A DNA stretch of 64,000 bases from a bacterium (GTDB lineage: Bacteria; SZUA-182; DTGQ01), in assembly GCA_023512255.1 (NCBI GenBank), contig JAILZY010000010.1, forward strand, positions 2,246-66,245. The letters are read 5' to 3'. The translations under genes were made by a program, and so were the position numbers. The notes beneath the pieces were generated by a model. That model was not told where the DNA came from. It saw only the letters and a program-made list of their open reading frames with translations, and ran no database searches. This document shows, one piece after another, positions 10,173-20,678 of this stretch (positions are counted from its first letter, which is position 1; the number at the start of each line of letters is the position of its first letter).

Positions 10173-10874
10173 ATGCACTATCAGGATATTCATCCCTGGG
10201 CGGTTAGTCCTCAAGAAGCAGCTGAGATTCAACGAAGGCTTAGCCAGATGGTTGAGTCCCGACCCATTACCAAGCCGATAGCCTTGGTCGCCGGAGCAGA
10301 TATCTCTTACTCAAAGAGAGATAATCGCCTAGTGGCTGCGGTGGTAGTCATGACCTTCCCGAAGCTTGAGATCGTAGAGCAGATCGAGGTCGAGGGAGAA
10401 ACTGCCTTTCCCTATATTCCGGGCTTTCTTAGCTTTCGCGAAGCACCAGCCATGCTCGAAGCTTTTAGCCGGCTGCGGCATGAGCCTGATGTTATCATGG
10501 TTGACGGCCAAGGCATAGCCCATCCACGAGGCTTGGGCCTTGCCTCTCACCTTGGGGTAATCCTTGACCATCCGACCATTGGTTGCGCCAAGACCAGACT
10601 AATTGGAAAATACGCCGAGCCTGGAGAGCAAAAGGGAGAAAGATCTCCTCTCTGGCAGGGTGGAAAAATAATCGGCATGGTGCTTAGAACTAGACGAGGG
10701 ACCAAGCCGCTGTTTATCTCCATTGGCCACAAGATCGACCTAGATACAGCAGTGTCAATAGTTTTGGCCTGTACCAGAGCCTTTCGTCTTCCAGAACCTG
10801 TACGACAAGCTCACCTTTTTTGTAAGGGGAAAACCCTTTTGAAAAAGGGTTTTCCCCTTAAACCCTTTTCCTAA
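10173..10874 (+). CDS. nfi: Endonuclease V (deoxyinosine 3' endonuclease)
   Basis: Motifs AGADISY, FPYIPGFLSFREAP, DGQGIAHPRGLGLASHLG, IGCAKTRL and RLPEPVRQAH. The last ~16 aa are encoded by repeat A. Confidence 0.93.
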   Translation: MHYQDIHPWAVSPQEAAEIQRRLSQMVESRPITKPIALVAGADISYSKRDNRLVAAVVVMTFPKLEIVEQIEVEGETAFPYIPGFLSFREAPAMLEAFSRLRHEPDVIMVDGQGIAHPRGLGLASHLGVILDHPTIGCAKTRLIGKYAEPGEQKGERSPLWQGGKIIGMVLRTRRGTKPLFISIGHKIDLDTAVSIVLACTRAFRLPEPVRQAHLFCKGKTLLKKGFPLKPFS

Positions 10875-10948
10875 AACTTTAATTAAATTAATTAAAGTTT
10901 TAGGAGGATGGTTTGGAAGGAACCCTTTTTCAAAAGGGTTCCTTCCAA
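10824..10948. repeat. Repeat family A doublet overlapping the nfi 3' end
   Basis: Same two-hairpin architecture as 7989-8118, with centre cctaaaactttaattaaattaattaaagttttagg. Confidence 0.92.
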
Positions 10949-11023
10949 CTTAATCCTTTTTCTGCCGATACAAAATCAGAGTAGAATCCAATATTAACCA
11001 TTAACACTAGGGGTATCTTTTAT

Positions 11024-12268
11024 ATGCCAGCAGCTAGCCAGCCAAGGTCATTATCCATTCGGATTGGGGAGCGTCTGCCTATGAAGGATCAATCCCTTGA
11101 GATTGTGGAAAAGAAAGGGAAGGGGCACCCTGACTCAATCTGCGACTGTCTGATGGAGGAGGCCTCTTGCGCCTTAGTGCAGCTTTATAAGAAATACACT
11201 GGCCGAATCCTCCACTATAATCTCGACAAGGGGCTGCTATCTGCTGGCCAGGCAGCAGTAGCTTTTGGCGGGGGGAGGATTATCACTCCTCTTCGGATGA
11301 TCATCGGGGATCGGGCCACGCTTCACTACCTTGGGCAGGAGTTGCCGGTCTGGGATACTGTGGTTGAATCAGCCCGCAATTGGATCAGACGAAACCTAAG
11401 ATATTTTGATCCGGATCAGCATATAACTTTCCAAAGCGGCCTTAATCCTGGATCAAGGGAGCTTATGGGTATCTTTACGCCAAGTGAAAGACAGGTGCTC
11501 AAAGCGAATGATACCTCGGCCACCGTAGGATTTGCTCCCTTCACTCCGACTGAAGAGCTGGTCGTCTCGCTAGAGCAGTATCTTACCTCAGTCTGTTTCC
11601 AGGAAAAATTCCCATCTGCTGGTGAAGATATCAAGATCATGGCTGTCCGATCAGATCAAGCGTTAGACCTGACCATTGCCCTGGCTATGGTGGACCGCTT
11701 CATAGCCAGTGAGAGTGACTACTTTGATCAGAAGGAAGCTATAAGACGGTCCATAGCTGACTTTGTCCGCTCCCGCTTTGATGCCTCCCCTTTGCAGATC
11801 CATCTCAATACCCTGGATGAGCGGGGGAGGGGTGAGGATGGAATTTACATTACAGTAACCGGAACATCTGCCGAGCAGGGTGACAGCGGACAGGTTGGTC
11901 GGGGAAACCAGGTGAGCGGCCTTATTTGCCTGATGCGGCCGCAGAGCGGTGAGGCTTCAGCCGGAAAAAATCCCATCAGCCATGTAGGGAAAATTTATAA
12001 TTATCTGGCTCATATATTGGCTGCTGATATTTATCAGCACTTTGAAGAAGCAGGGGAGGTTATGGTTTGGTTAGCCAGCCGAATCGGAGAGCCGATTGAT
12101 CGGCCGGCACTGGTTGCGGTTGAGCTCATTCCCCAGAAGGGGAAGAAGCTGGCTGCTGGCTACCAGAAGGTTATTGCCTGGCGGGTAGAGCAGCATTTGG
12201 AAGGAATTGCCGATCTTTCCCAGAAGCTGATTTTGGGGGAGGTATCTTTATCTCATCTTTCATTCTGA
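11024..12268 (+). CDS. mat: Archaeal-type S-adenosylmethionine synthetase (COG1812-like)
   Basis: Motifs EIVEKKGKGHPDSICD, ILHYNLDKGLL, ANDTS, GEDIKIM, TVTGTSAEQGDSGQVGRGN and GKNPISHVGKIYN. Confidence 0.88.
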   Translation: MPAASQPRSLSIRIGERLPMKDQSLEIVEKKGKGHPDSICDCLMEEASCALVQLYKKYTGRILHYNLDKGLLSAGQAAVAFGGGRIITPLRMIIGDRATLHYLGQELPVWDTVVESARNWIRRNLRYFDPDQHITFQSGLNPGSRELMGIFTPSERQVLKANDTSATVGFAPFTPTEELVVSLEQYLTSVCFQEKFPSAGEDIKIMAVRSDQALDLTIALAMVDRFIASESDYFDQKEAIRRSIADFVRSRFDASPLQIHLNTLDERGRGEDGIYITVTGTSAEQGDSGQVGRGNQVSGLICLMRPQSGEASAGKNPISHVGKIYNYLAHILAADIYQHFEEAGEVMVWLASRIGEPIDRPALVAVELIPQKGKKLAAGYQKVIAWRVEQHLEGIADLSQKLILGEVSLSHLSF

Positions 12269-12381
12269 CCGTAATATCCAAGCATCTTCTAATATCCAAG
12301 CAGCCCTACTACCTTGCTCATCGTGAACTTGTCGATAAAAGGACGAATAAGAATCAAAAAGGCAGTTACTTAAGGTTCAAG

Positions 12382-14154
12382 ATGAGGAAGGGTATGAAAA
12401 TCGATCTAGGGCCATCAATACCGATCCAGCAATTGTCAAAAGCCATCCATAAGACACCGGAAGAAATTGAAAACTCTCTGCGGGGCAGGGGAAAAGTGCT
12501 CAGAGCTGGAGATGGCCTAAAGGTTGATCAGGCTATCTGGATTGCCGAGCAGGAGGGTTTTAGGGTCAGGATCTTGAGCCGGGGCAAGGAGGAGGCTCTA
12601 TCCATAGAGCCGGAGAAAAAGTCGCTGATTCAGCCTCGGCCTCCGGTTGTAACAGTCATGGGGCATGTGGATCATGGCAAAACCGTTCTCCTTGATGCCA
12701 TTCGGCATACTAACCTGGCTAGCCAGGAGCCGGGTGCTATAACCCAGCATATTGGAGCCTACAAAATTCATTTGCCGGGCGGAGATATTGTCTTTTTGGA
12801 CACTCCTGGACATGAGGCCTTTGCAGCTATGAGGGCCAGAGGTGCCCAGCTGACAGATATTGTGGTCCTGGTTGTGGCCGCGGATGAGGGGGTTAAGCCT
12901 CAGACTATTGAGGCGGTGCAGCATGCCCAGGCGGCACGGGTTCCCATAATCGTAGCTGTGAATAAGATCGACAAGCCCCAAGCCAATCCCGCTCGCGTCA
13001 GGGAGGAGCTAGCTCAATATGGGCTGATCCCTGAGGAGTGGCAAGGTGAGACCATTTATGTGGATATTTCGGCCAAGTATCATCAAAACCTGGATAAGCT
13101 GCTTGAGATGATTTTGCTTTTGTCTGAGATGATGGAACTTAAGGCTGACCAGAGCAGAGCGGCTCGAGGAACGGTTTTAGAAAGTAGAATCGATCCGCAG
13201 CTTGGCCCGACAGCAACCGTCCTGGTTCAGGATGGAACCTTGAGGATTCGGGATTTTTTTGTCTGCGGCCAGACCTTTGGCCGGGTTAGACTAATGATGA
13301 ATGAGTGGGGCAAGCGGATGGAGACAGCTCCTCCTTCGACTCCGGTTCAGATTTCCTCCTTTTCTCAGGTCCCAAGAGCCGGTGATCCCTTTTTGGTTAT
13401 CTCCGGCGAGAAAGAAGCTAGAAAACTGGCTGATCTAATTGGCAGGCAGGAGCAGGGGGCAAAGAGACTAAGACCAAGGCCAACCACTCTGGAGGAGGTT
13501 CAGCGGGAAATCCGAAAGGAGGCCATCCCTGAGCTGCCGATTGTTCTAAAAGTGGATGTTTACGGATCCTTGCAGCCCATTGTTCAGTCTTTGCAGAGCC
13601 TAGCCATCCCTGGGGCCAGGATAACCATAATTCATAGCGGAGTGGGAGCAATCAGCGAATCGGATGTACTCTTGGCCTCAGCGACTTCTGAACGCGGGAT
13701 CATCATCGGCTTTAATGTCAAGCCAGACAGCAAAGCCGAGCTCCTTGCCCGTCAGGAGCGAGTCGACATCCGGCTATACAGTGTCATCTATGATTTGATC
13801 AATGAGGTTAGCAGACTGGCTCAAGGGCTGGTCATTCCCCGCTACCGGGAAGAGATTATTGGCCGGGGTGAGGTGATTCGGGTTTTCCACATTCCCAAGG
13901 TGGGTGTTGTAGCTGGCTGCCTTGTTCAGGAAGGGAAATTTGTCAAGGGCCGCCAGGGTAGAGTGATTCGCCGAGGGATTATTATCCACACCGGTGAGAT
14001 CGTTTCCCTGAAGCACTATGATCAGTTTGTAGATGAAATTGGCCAGGGGAAGACCTGTGGTCTGATGCTATCTCGGGGGTTTACCCGCTATCAGGTCAAG
14101 GATCAGGTTGAAGTTTTTATCAGAGAAGAATTACCCAAAGGAGGAGAAGAGTGA
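12382..14154 (+). CDS. infB: Translation initiation factor IF-2, short and divergent (possible paralog)
   Basis: Motifs [46 protein letters not shown] and SESDVLLA; 590 aa; no nusA or rbfA next to it. Confidence 0.88.
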   Translation: MRKGMKIDLGPSIPIQQLSKAIHKTPEEIENSLRGRGKVLRAGDGLKVDQAIWIAEQEGFRVRILSRGKEEALSIEPEKKSLIQPRPPVVTVMGHVDHGKTVLLDAIRHTNLASQEPGAITQHIGAYKIHLPGGDIVFLDTPGHEAFAAMRARGAQLTDIVVLVVAADEGVKPQTIEAVQHAQAARVPIIVAVNKIDKPQANPARVREELAQYGLIPEEWQGETIYVDISAKYHQNLDKLLEMILLLSEMMELKADQSRAARGTVLESRIDPQLGPTATVLVQDGTLRIRDFFVCGQTFGRVRLMMNEWGKRMETAPPSTPVQISSFSQVPRAGDPFLVISGEKEARKLADLIGRQEQGAKRLRPRPTTLEEVQREIRKEAIPELPIVLKVDVYGSLQPIVQSLQSLAIPGARITIIHSGVGAISESDVLLASATSERGIIIGFNVKPDSKAELLARQERVDIRLYSVIYDLINEVSRLAQGLVIPRYREEIIGRGEVIRVFHIPKVGVVAGCLVQEGKFVKGRQGRVIRRGIIIHTGEIVSLKHYDQFVDEIGQGKTCGLMLSRGFTRYQVKDQVEVFIREELPKGGEE

Positions 14155-14162
14155 ACTTTCTG

Positions 14163-14191
14163 TTGAATAGAGCTGTTCGATGCCCTATAAT
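14163..14191 (+). promoter_or_regulatory. Sigma-70-type promoter
   Basis: TTGAAT-17 bp-TATAAT upstream of the NUDIX gene. Confidence 0.55.
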
Positions 14192-14267
14192 AATCTAAGT
14201 TGCGCTCGAAATCATCGACCGCTTCTTTTCAAGTAAGAGAGGCTTCTTTTCAGGTAAGAAGAGAGGA

Positions 14268-14822
14268 TTGAGAGATTTGGCCAGGACAGAGAAAGAGGCT
14301 GATGAATACCTTGAGATTGTAAACCAGCAGGGAGAAATTGTAGGCCGCGCTCTGTGCTCTGTCTGCCACGGCCATCCTGAGCTGATTCACCGGGTGAGCC
14401 ATGTTTTGGTGTTTAATGAGGCTGGCCTGATACTGCTGCAAAAAAGATCGGCAAGCAAAGATATCCAACCTGGCAAATGGGACAGCTCTGTAGGCGGTCA
14501 TCTAGCCATTGGCGAGACATTTGAGGAGGCGGCCTATCGGGAGATGGCGGAGGAGCTGTCCATTAGGAATGTTCCTATTTTTTTCTTGTATGATTATCTC
14601 ATTCGAACCCCGATGGAAACAGAACTGGTGAGAACCTTCTCTTGCTGTTTTAACGGGCCGATCTTTTTCAATGAGGAGGAAATAGAAGAGGTGAGGTTCT
14701 GGGACCTTGAGTATCTTTACTCACAGATTGAGACAGACCTTTTTACTCCTCATCTAAGAGAAGAAATATACAGGTATTTTCCCTGGAAAAAGTTGATTAA
14801 TCGATCATGGGAAAAGGAATGA
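14268..14822 (+). CDS. NUDIX hydrolase (IDI type-1/YfcD-like)
   Basis: IHRVSHVLVFN..G.ILLQKRS..KDIQPGKWDSSVGGH and Nudix box GETFEEAAYREMAEEL; TTG start after GAGAGG. Confidence 0.85.
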   Translation: MRDLARTEKEADEYLEIVNQQGEIVGRALCSVCHGHPELIHRVSHVLVFNEAGLILLQKRSASKDIQPGKWDSSVGGHLAIGETFEEAAYREMAEELSIRNVPIFFLYDYLIRTPMETELVRTFSCCFNGPIFFNEEEIEEVRFWDLEYLYSQIETDLFTPHLREEIYRYFPWKKLINRSWEKE

Positions 14823-14826
14823 GAAG

Positions 14827-15633
14827 ATGCTCTTTCATACATTTTTGCACATTCCGGGTGTTGGAGACCGAATCGAGCAGATGCTTTGGCGTAACCGTAT
14901 CTTTACTTGGGATGATTTTCTTGAATCTCCACTCAGTCAACGGTTGGTTGGCCGAAGATACAGGACTATGGTGAAATACATCGAAAGATCGAAGCAGCAT
15001 CAGGATAATGTTTACTTTTTTAAAAAACTCCTCCCCTCACGGGAGTTGTGGAGACTTTTCCATCACTTTCGTGAGCGGGCAGCCTGCCTCGACATCGAAT
15101 CAATCTATGTCAATTCTTCTCATCAGGTTACGGTTATTGGTCTTTATGGCCAAAACCAGATGAAAAGTTTTGTCAATGGACAAAATATTGAAGATTTTAA
15201 AGATGAAATCGCTCGCTATGACCTCCTGATCACCTATAACGGGGTCTGTTTCGATCTGCCGGTGTTACGACAGCAATTTAAGATGAGTTTCCCCCATGTT
15301 CATGTTGACCTGCGCTTTTTTCTAAAGCGCCTGGGGTATACTGGAGGGCTTAAGGGGATTGAGCGGGAATTTGGCATTATTCGGCCTGATGAGGTCAAGG
15401 GGCTTTCTGGCTATGATGCTGTTCTACTTTGGAAAAAGTATCAGAAGGGAAATCAGCAGGCGCTCTCTACCCTGCTGCAATATAATACCCATGATACTCA
15501 AAACCTGTACTACCTGATGGCCAGATCCTATGAGCTGATGTTCAGGAGAATCTTCGCCGGGCATGACCACAGCTTTACTCTGGGACCTGAAGAAACCACC
15601 ATTGCTTGCCTGCCTACCTGTCGTCAGAGTTAA
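14827..15633 (+). CDS. RNase H-like (YprB/DnaQ-type) exonuclease domain protein
   Basis: N-terminal HhH-like HIPGVG; motifs CLDIES, ITYNG..FDLP, HVDLR, GGLKGIE and YN..D. Confidence 0.8.
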   Translation: MLFHTFLHIPGVGDRIEQMLWRNRIFTWDDFLESPLSQRLVGRRYRTMVKYIERSKQHQDNVYFFKKLLPSRELWRLFHHFRERAACLDIESIYVNSSHQVTVIGLYGQNQMKSFVNGQNIEDFKDEIARYDLLITYNGVCFDLPVLRQQFKMSFPHVHVDLRFFLKRLGYTGGLKGIEREFGIIRPDEVKGLSGYDAVLLWKKYQKGNQQALSTLLQYNTHDTQNLYYLMARSYELMFRRIFAGHDHSFTLGPEETTIACLPTCRQS

Positions 15634-15654
15634 ACGGGGCCTTCATTTCAAAGA

Positions 15655-16413
15655 TCACATCCTTACTGGAATGCCCCGCTCTTTCAGATATGCCTTGGCT
15701 TGATGAATAGTATAGGTACGGTAGTGAAAGATAGAGGCGGCTAGCACCGCATCTGCCCTGCCTTTGACTAAGGCCTGGTAGAGGTGCTCAAGGGTGCCTG
15801 CTCCGCCAGAGGCGATGACCGGGATATTTACCCCCTCAGACACGCTGCGAGTCAGCTCAAGGTCATATCCGGTTTGCTGTCCATCCTGATCCATACTGGT
15901 TAGGAGGATTTCGCCAGCTCCAAGGGATTCAACCTCCTTTGCCCAGTCCACGGCATCAAGCCCACGGGCCACTCGGCCGCCGTGAGTGTATACCTCCCAG
16001 GAGCAAGGCCCGCTCCTTTTGGCATCTATAGCTACCACAATGCACTGACTGCCAAAGTATTCGGCTGCTTGGCGAACAAGCTGTGGGTTATCGACTGCTG
16101 AGGTATTGAGTGAAATTTTGTCCGCTCCAGCCTTCAACAGCCGCTCGATATCTTTGAGGCTGCGGATTCCACCGCCAATGGTCAGGGGCATAAATACCAT
16201 CTCAGAAGTCCTTCTGGCCACATCGATGATGATCTCCCGCTTCTCATGCGAAGCGGTAATGTCTAAAAAGACAATCTCATCGGCTTCCTCAGCTTCATAA
16301 GTTTTGGCCACCTCAACCGGATCTCCCGCATCCCGCAGGTTAACAAAACTGACCCCCTTGACTACCCGGCCATCCTTGATATCCAGACAGGGAATAATTC
16401 TTTTAGCTAGCAT
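15655..16413 (-). CDS. hisF: Imidazole glycerol phosphate synthase cyclase subunit
   Basis: Motifs [45 protein letters not shown] and IASGGAG. Confidence 0.97.
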   Translation of the reverse strand: MLAKRIIPCLDIKDGRVVKGVSFVNLRDAGDPVEVAKTYEAEEADEIVFLDITASHEKREIIIDVARRTSEMVFMPLTIGGGIRSLKDIERLLKAGADKISLNTSAVDNPQLVRQAAEYFGSQCIVVAIDAKRSGPCSWEVYTHGGRVARGLDAVDWAKEVESLGAGEILLTSMDQDGQQTGYDLELTRSVSEGVNIPVIASGGAGTLEHLYQALVKGRADAVLAASIFHYRTYTIHQAKAYLKERGIPVRM

Positions 16414-16461
16414 AGAGATAATCTATCCTCTGAGAGATAATCCATCCTCTCTGGTCTGGTT

Positions 16462-17223
16462 TCAATGCTCCCAACAGGTTGGCCTAAAAGCTGGCTGATG
16501 ATCTTGATATATCCTAATTGCCTCTTGCAAATTGATACTTCCGGTATAGATTGCTTTGCCAATAATGACTCCCTCAAGACCCAGGGGCTCTAGCTCAGCC
16601 AGATTCTGAAGATCATTCATACTAGATATGCCGCCTGAGGCGATCAGTGGAATATTAATGTTTTCAACCATTTTTCTGATAGCTTCAATATTTGGCCCTT
16701 GCAAGGTACCGTCCGTTCTGATATCAGTAAAAATAATGTTTCTGACCCCCCAGCTCTCTATCTGTTGGCAGAACTCAAGAGCTTGTGACTGGGTCGTATC
16801 CTTCCATCCGTGAATAGCTATCCTACCATCCCTGGTGTCGATTCCAACCGAGATCCGACCAGGGAATTCTTGGCACAGGCTCTTGACCTGCATGGGCTCA
16901 ATAAAAGCGATTGTTCCGAGGATAACCCGATCGATCCCTGATTCCAAGAGCTTGCGAGCCATGGCTGAGGTCCTGATTCCACCGCCGAGCTCGATTGGAA
17001 TATCAAGCTCCTGAACAATTTGCATAATGATAGAAAGATTCTGGGGACTGCCTGAAAAAGCTCCATCCAGATCCACAATGTGGATAAGCTCAGCCCCCTG
17101 CTCTTGCCACCTCTTGGCAGTTTCCAGAGGAGAAGAGGAAAACACTGTTTTTTCCTCCTCTCTACCCTGATACAGCCGAACACATTCTCCTTTAACAAGG
17201 TCAATTGCTGGTATAATGAGCAT
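16462..17223 (-). CDS. hisA: ProFAR isomerase
   Basis: Motifs IIPAIDL..G.CVRLYQG, HIVDLDGA, GGGIR, TDIRTDGTLQGPN and IASGG. Confidence 0.96.
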   Translation of the reverse strand: MLIIPAIDLVKGECVRLYQGREEEKTVFSSSPLETAKRWQEQGAELIHIVDLDGAFSGSPQNLSIIMQIVQELDIPIELGGGIRTSAMARKLLESGIDRVILGTIAFIEPMQVKSLCQEFPGRISVGIDTRDGRIAIHGWKDTTQSQALEFCQQIESWGVRNIIFTDIRTDGTLQGPNIEAIRKMVENINIPLIASGGISSMNDLQNLAELEPLGLEGVIIGKAIYTGSINLQEAIRIYQDHQPAFRPTCWEH

Positions 17224-17301
17224 ATTCCCCCCAGAATTCTCTTACGATAATTTTTGGGTCAATATCCATAATCGTAAATATCCATGAATCGTGAAATCCT
17301 G

Positions 17302-17901
17302 CTAGAGCTCAGCAAACGCTTTTAGGATCTTGAGCCCGCTTGATTGGCTTTTTTCCGGATGAAACTGAGTGGCAAACAAGGCACCCTGACTAATAACCGA
17401 GGGGAAGCAAATTCCATATTCGGTAGTAGCTGCAATGCAATCCGGATCTTCTGGCTCCCCGTAATAGGAGTGAACAAAATAAAAGTACTCCCCTTGAGTG
17501 GAATTCCGTAGAAGGGGAATTGGTTTCTTAATATCAATGGAATTCCAGCCCATGTGAGGAACCTTAAGATTGATGGCAAATCGCTTTACCCTGCCAGCAA
17601 TAATACCCAAACCTTGGGTTAGGCCAAACTCCTCGCTTTCCGAAAAGAGCAATTGCATCCCCAGGCAAATTCCCAAGATCGGCTTTCCTGCCTCTACTGC
17701 GTTATAAATCGGAGTGATCAGATTATAGCGCTCAAGGTTTCTCATCCCATCCCTGAAGGCTCCAACGCCAGGGAGAATCAGTTTGTGGGCTGATTGAATC
17801 TTTGCCCGATCACGGGTAACCACAGCCTTATGACCAACCTGCTCAATCCCCTTTTGAATACTTCGCAGGTTTCCCATGTCAAAGTCGAGAATAGCGATCA
17901 T
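17302..17901 (-). CDS. hisH: IGP synthase glutamine amidotransferase subunit
   Basis: Motifs MGNLRS, LPGVGAF, GICLGMQ, VPHMGWN, YFVHSY and QFHPEKS. Confidence 0.96.
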   Translation of the reverse strand: MIAILDFDMGNLRSIQKGIEQVGHKAVVTRDRAKIQSAHKLILPGVGAFRDGMRNLERYNLITPIYNAVEAGKPILGICLGMQLLFSESEEFGLTQGLGIIAGRVKRFAINLKVPHMGWNSIDIKKPIPLLRNSTQGEYFYFVHSYYGEPEDPDCIAATTEYGICFPSVISQGALFATQFHPEKSQSSGLKILKAFAEL

Positions 17902-18486
17902 TTAAAGCTTACCCTTAGTGGACAAAACTCCATTCAGAGCTGGATTGATGCGAGTAGCCTGGCTCAAAGCCCGGCCGAAGGCCTTAAATATGGCCTCGGC
18001 GATATGGTGAATGTTGCTTCCGTAAAAGAGATTGATATGTAGGGTAATCATACTATTGCTGACAAAGGCCATAAAAAATTCTTTGAGCAGATCAATATCG
18101 AAATTTCCAACCATGCCGTGCATATTTACGTTATAGACTAGAACGGAACGGGAGCAGATATCCAAAGCCACAGTAGCCAGGGCCTCATCCATTGGCAGCG
18201 TCGCTGCCCCATAACGCCTGATTCGACTTTTGTCCTCCAAAATTTGACGAAAAGCAGTGCCAAAAGTTATGCCGATATCTTCTACAAGATGATGGTAGTC
18301 GACCTCAATATCTCCATTAGCTTGAAGTTTTACATTGAAAACACTATGCTTGCACATTGAGGAGAGCATATGGTCCATAAAAGGAATGGAGGTGGCGATT
18401 TCATATTTCCCCTCCCCATCAAGTTCAAGCTCTAGTCGTATGTCCGTCTCGGTGGTTTTCCGCTCAATCTTTGTGTTGCGGCTCAT
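17902..18486 (-). CDS. hisB: Imidazoleglycerol-phosphate dehydratase
   Basis: Motifs RKTTETDI, FMDHML, DYHHLVEDIG, PMDEAL and NIHHIAEAIFKAFGRAL. Confidence 0.96.
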   Translation of the reverse strand: MSRNTKIERKTTETDIRLELELDGEGKYEIATSIPFMDHMLSSMCKHSVFNVKLQANGDIEVDYHHLVEDIGITFGTAFRQILEDKSRIRRYGAATLPMDEALATVALDICSRSVLVYNVNMHGMVGNFDIDLLKEFFMAFVSNSMITLHINLFYGSNIHHIAEAIFKAFGRALSQATRINPALNGVLSTKGKL

Positions 18487-18579
18487 AATATCTTATCCTT
18501 TTTATTACTACCGGAAATTTTATTTCTAACTTTGCATCTGCACTTTGTAAGTGCAAGTATAGCGCGTTTTGGCTTTTAT

Positions 18580-19668
18580 TCAAGCTGAAGATAAGATTTT
18601 CTTCAGTCCGTTCAAAAAACACTCACATTCCTCTCTAGTGCCGACTGTTACTCGAAAATGTCCTCTCAATCTTCCCTGGCTGCTAAAGCCTCGCACGAGA
18701 ATCCCTTCCGCCAGCAGTTGCTCAAAAAATTTTTCAGCCTCCAAAGAGCGTACCTTAAAAAGAAGAAAATTAGCACTCGATGGGTAAACCCGCACCGCGC
18801 CGATATTCTTCATCTGCTCATACAACCAGTCCCTATTTTGCTTGATCTGAGCGATGCTCGGCTTGATAGCCTCTTTTTGAGATAGGGCGACTTTGGCTAC
18901 AGTTTCAGACAGAATGTTAATATTGTAAGGGAGTTTTACCCTATTTATATGTTGGATGATAACTGGGCCAGCCAGCAGAAAGCCCATCCTGATTCCGGCC
19001 AGACCAATCTTAGAGAGGGTGCGCAGTATAATCAGGTTGGGATGCTTGGGCAGAAGGTCAAGATAGTTGCTGTCAGCAAAATCAACATATGCCTCGTCAA
19101 TACAGACGATGCCCGGAAACTGCTCAATAATTTCCTCAACCGCCAGCCGGGAAAAACAATTTCCCGTAGGATTGTTCGGCACAGCCAGAAAAATCAGATG
19201 GCCGGCCTGAGACAGACTATACATCCGCTCTCGCCAGAGGTCTGATAGAGCCAGATCAAAATCATCGGACAGGGGAATTTCTTCTACGTTTTCGCCCATA
19301 GATTTAGCAATTATCCGATACATGGCAAAGGAAGGATCAGGGACAAAAACCGTTTTCCCTGCTCCACCAAAGGTAACGATAATTGCCTGAATCAATTCAT
19401 CTGACCCATTTCCAGGCAGGATCTGCTCTGCAGGCCACCCCCACTCTTTGGCCGCCATCTGACGCAGTTCCCAATAACTCGGATCAGGGTAGCGATTTAG
19501 GCGGGCCTGCTCAAGACTTTGAAAAATCTGTCTCATAATATCAGCAGGTAGTTCATATGGGCTCTCATTGGCATCCAGTTTGATTACTTTTGGGAAGACA
19601 GGAAGATCATAGGTTGAAGCTTGGCTCGGATCAACTCGCAGAAGTTTTTGAATATCAATTGATTTCAT
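18580..19668 (-). CDS. hisC: Histidinol-phosphate aminotransferase
   Basis: Motifs KLDANESPY, NRYPD, GNGSDELI, PNNPTG, DEAY and LRTLSK.GLAG.R.G; upstream of hisB. Confidence 0.93.
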   Translation of the reverse strand: MKSIDIQKLLRVDPSQASTYDLPVFPKVIKLDANESPYELPADIMRQIFQSLEQARLNRYPDPSYWELRQMAAKEWGWPAEQILPGNGSDELIQAIIVTFGGAGKTVFVPDPSFAMYRIIAKSMGENVEEIPLSDDFDLALSDLWRERMYSLSQAGHLIFLAVPNNPTGNCFSRLAVEEIIEQFPGIVCIDEAYVDFADSNYLDLLPKHPNLIILRTLSKIGLAGIRMGFLLAGPVIIQHINRVKLPYNINILSETVAKVALSQKEAIKPSIAQIKQNRDWLYEQMKNIGAVRVYPSSANFLLFKVRSLEAEKFFEQLLAEGILVRGFSSQGRLRGHFRVTVGTREECECFLNGLKKILSSA

Positions 19669-19742
19669 GCAAATTTTTCCATACTACAAGAAGAGAGAAA
19701 AGCTTAACAAATAAAAACAGACAATTTAAATAAAAACAGATA

Positions 19743-19772
19743 ATTTTATAATCAATTTTAGGAAGTTGTCAA
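19743..19772 (-). promoter_or_regulatory. Sigma-70-type promoter for the his operon
   Basis: Minus strand TTGACA-18 bp-TAAAAT, about 75 bp upstream of hisC. Confidence 0.5.
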
Positions 19773-19883
19773 GAATTTTTGAACGGTAAAATTCACTCTT
19801 TTTAAGCGTGCACTCCTTTTGAGGGCGAATCTTTTCAAGTACTAAAAATCTTAACTTTTGTGATCTTATATATCTGGACATCT

Positions 19884-19920
19884 CTGATGGAGGGGCCGTT
19901 TATTCGCCGCCCTCCATCAG
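19884..19920 (-). terminator. GC-rich hairpin downstream of the response regulator
   Basis: ctgatggaggg...ccctccatcag forms an 11-bp stem; there is no clear U-tract. Confidence 0.4.
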
Positions 19921-19958
19921 CAGCCAGTGATCATTAAAGAAAAGATCAATTTCTAAGA

Positions 19959-20360
19959 TCAATTTCTCTGGAATATGCCAGAGGCAAAATATCGGTTTTG
20001 GCCTAGAACCTTGGCTACCATAATTTTTAACATCTCAATGTTCAGTGGCTTAGTAATATAATCAAAGGCTCCATCGTGCATAGCCTTGAGATAGGTTTCT
20101 AGCTCGCCAAATCCAGTCATGATAATGAACTGGATATCAGGGTGAAGACTTTTTACCTCGCGCAGCAGCTCTAGTCCTCCCATGCAGGGCATGTTGATGT
20201 CGGTAATGATTAAATCAGGGGTAATCTCACGGACAATCTGCAGGGCTTCGCTTCCATTTTCAGCCACCATCACCTCATATCCCTCATCGGCCAGGATATC
20301 CTGCATAATGCTGCACATATTGGCTTCATCGTCAACAATCAAGATTCGCTTGGTATCCAT
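19959..20360 (-). CDS. Stand-alone response regulator receiver protein
   Basis: Motifs ILIVDDE, DLIITDINMP.MGGL, IMTGFG and FDYITKP. Confidence 0.92.
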   Translation of the reverse strand: MDTKRILIVDDEANMCSIMQDILADEGYEVMVAENGSEALQIVREITPDLIITDINMPCMGGLELLREVKSLHPDIQFIIMTGFGELETYLKAMHDGAFDYITKPLNIEMLKIMVAKVLGQNRYFASGIFQRN

Positions 20361-20443
20361 AACGTTAGCCCCTTTGCATTAAGTAAGAATGTAATAGGTA
20401 ATTGGTGGATTTCGCGTCTTTCCCAGTTTTCTTGATTTAAGAA

Positions 20444-20460
20444 AAGCAAATTGGATGCCA
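20444..20460 (-). promoter_or_regulatory. Sigma-54 (-24/-12) promoter
   Basis: Minus strand TGGCATCCAATTTGCTT, 84 bp upstream of the receiver gene. Confidence 0.7.
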
Positions 20461-20650
20461 GGATTTTTGAGAGATCAAAAGAGGATGGTTTCCTATATAA
20501 GTCTTTGAAATATAATATTAATAACTCTTAACGCCAGATCTTAAGATCAGGTGAAATTTCGCACAACTCTGACCAAATGTTTATCAATTCGCTCAATCAT
20601 CTATATTACACACTACTAACAGGTCTTTTCGCTAATAAAGTGCACAATAA

Positions 20651-20678
20651 GGACGAAACAAGGTCCGCTCCTACAATT
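20651..20678 (-). repeat. GTAG-type REP sequence
   Basis: Minus strand aattgtaggagcggaccttgtttcgtcc, similar to 46298-46326; a second partial gtaggggcag lies beside it. Confidence 0.6.

Noticed and set aside
15655..19668. Incomplete his operon (no hisG, hisD or hisI)
   Set aside because: Split his clusters are common, so this is not unusual.
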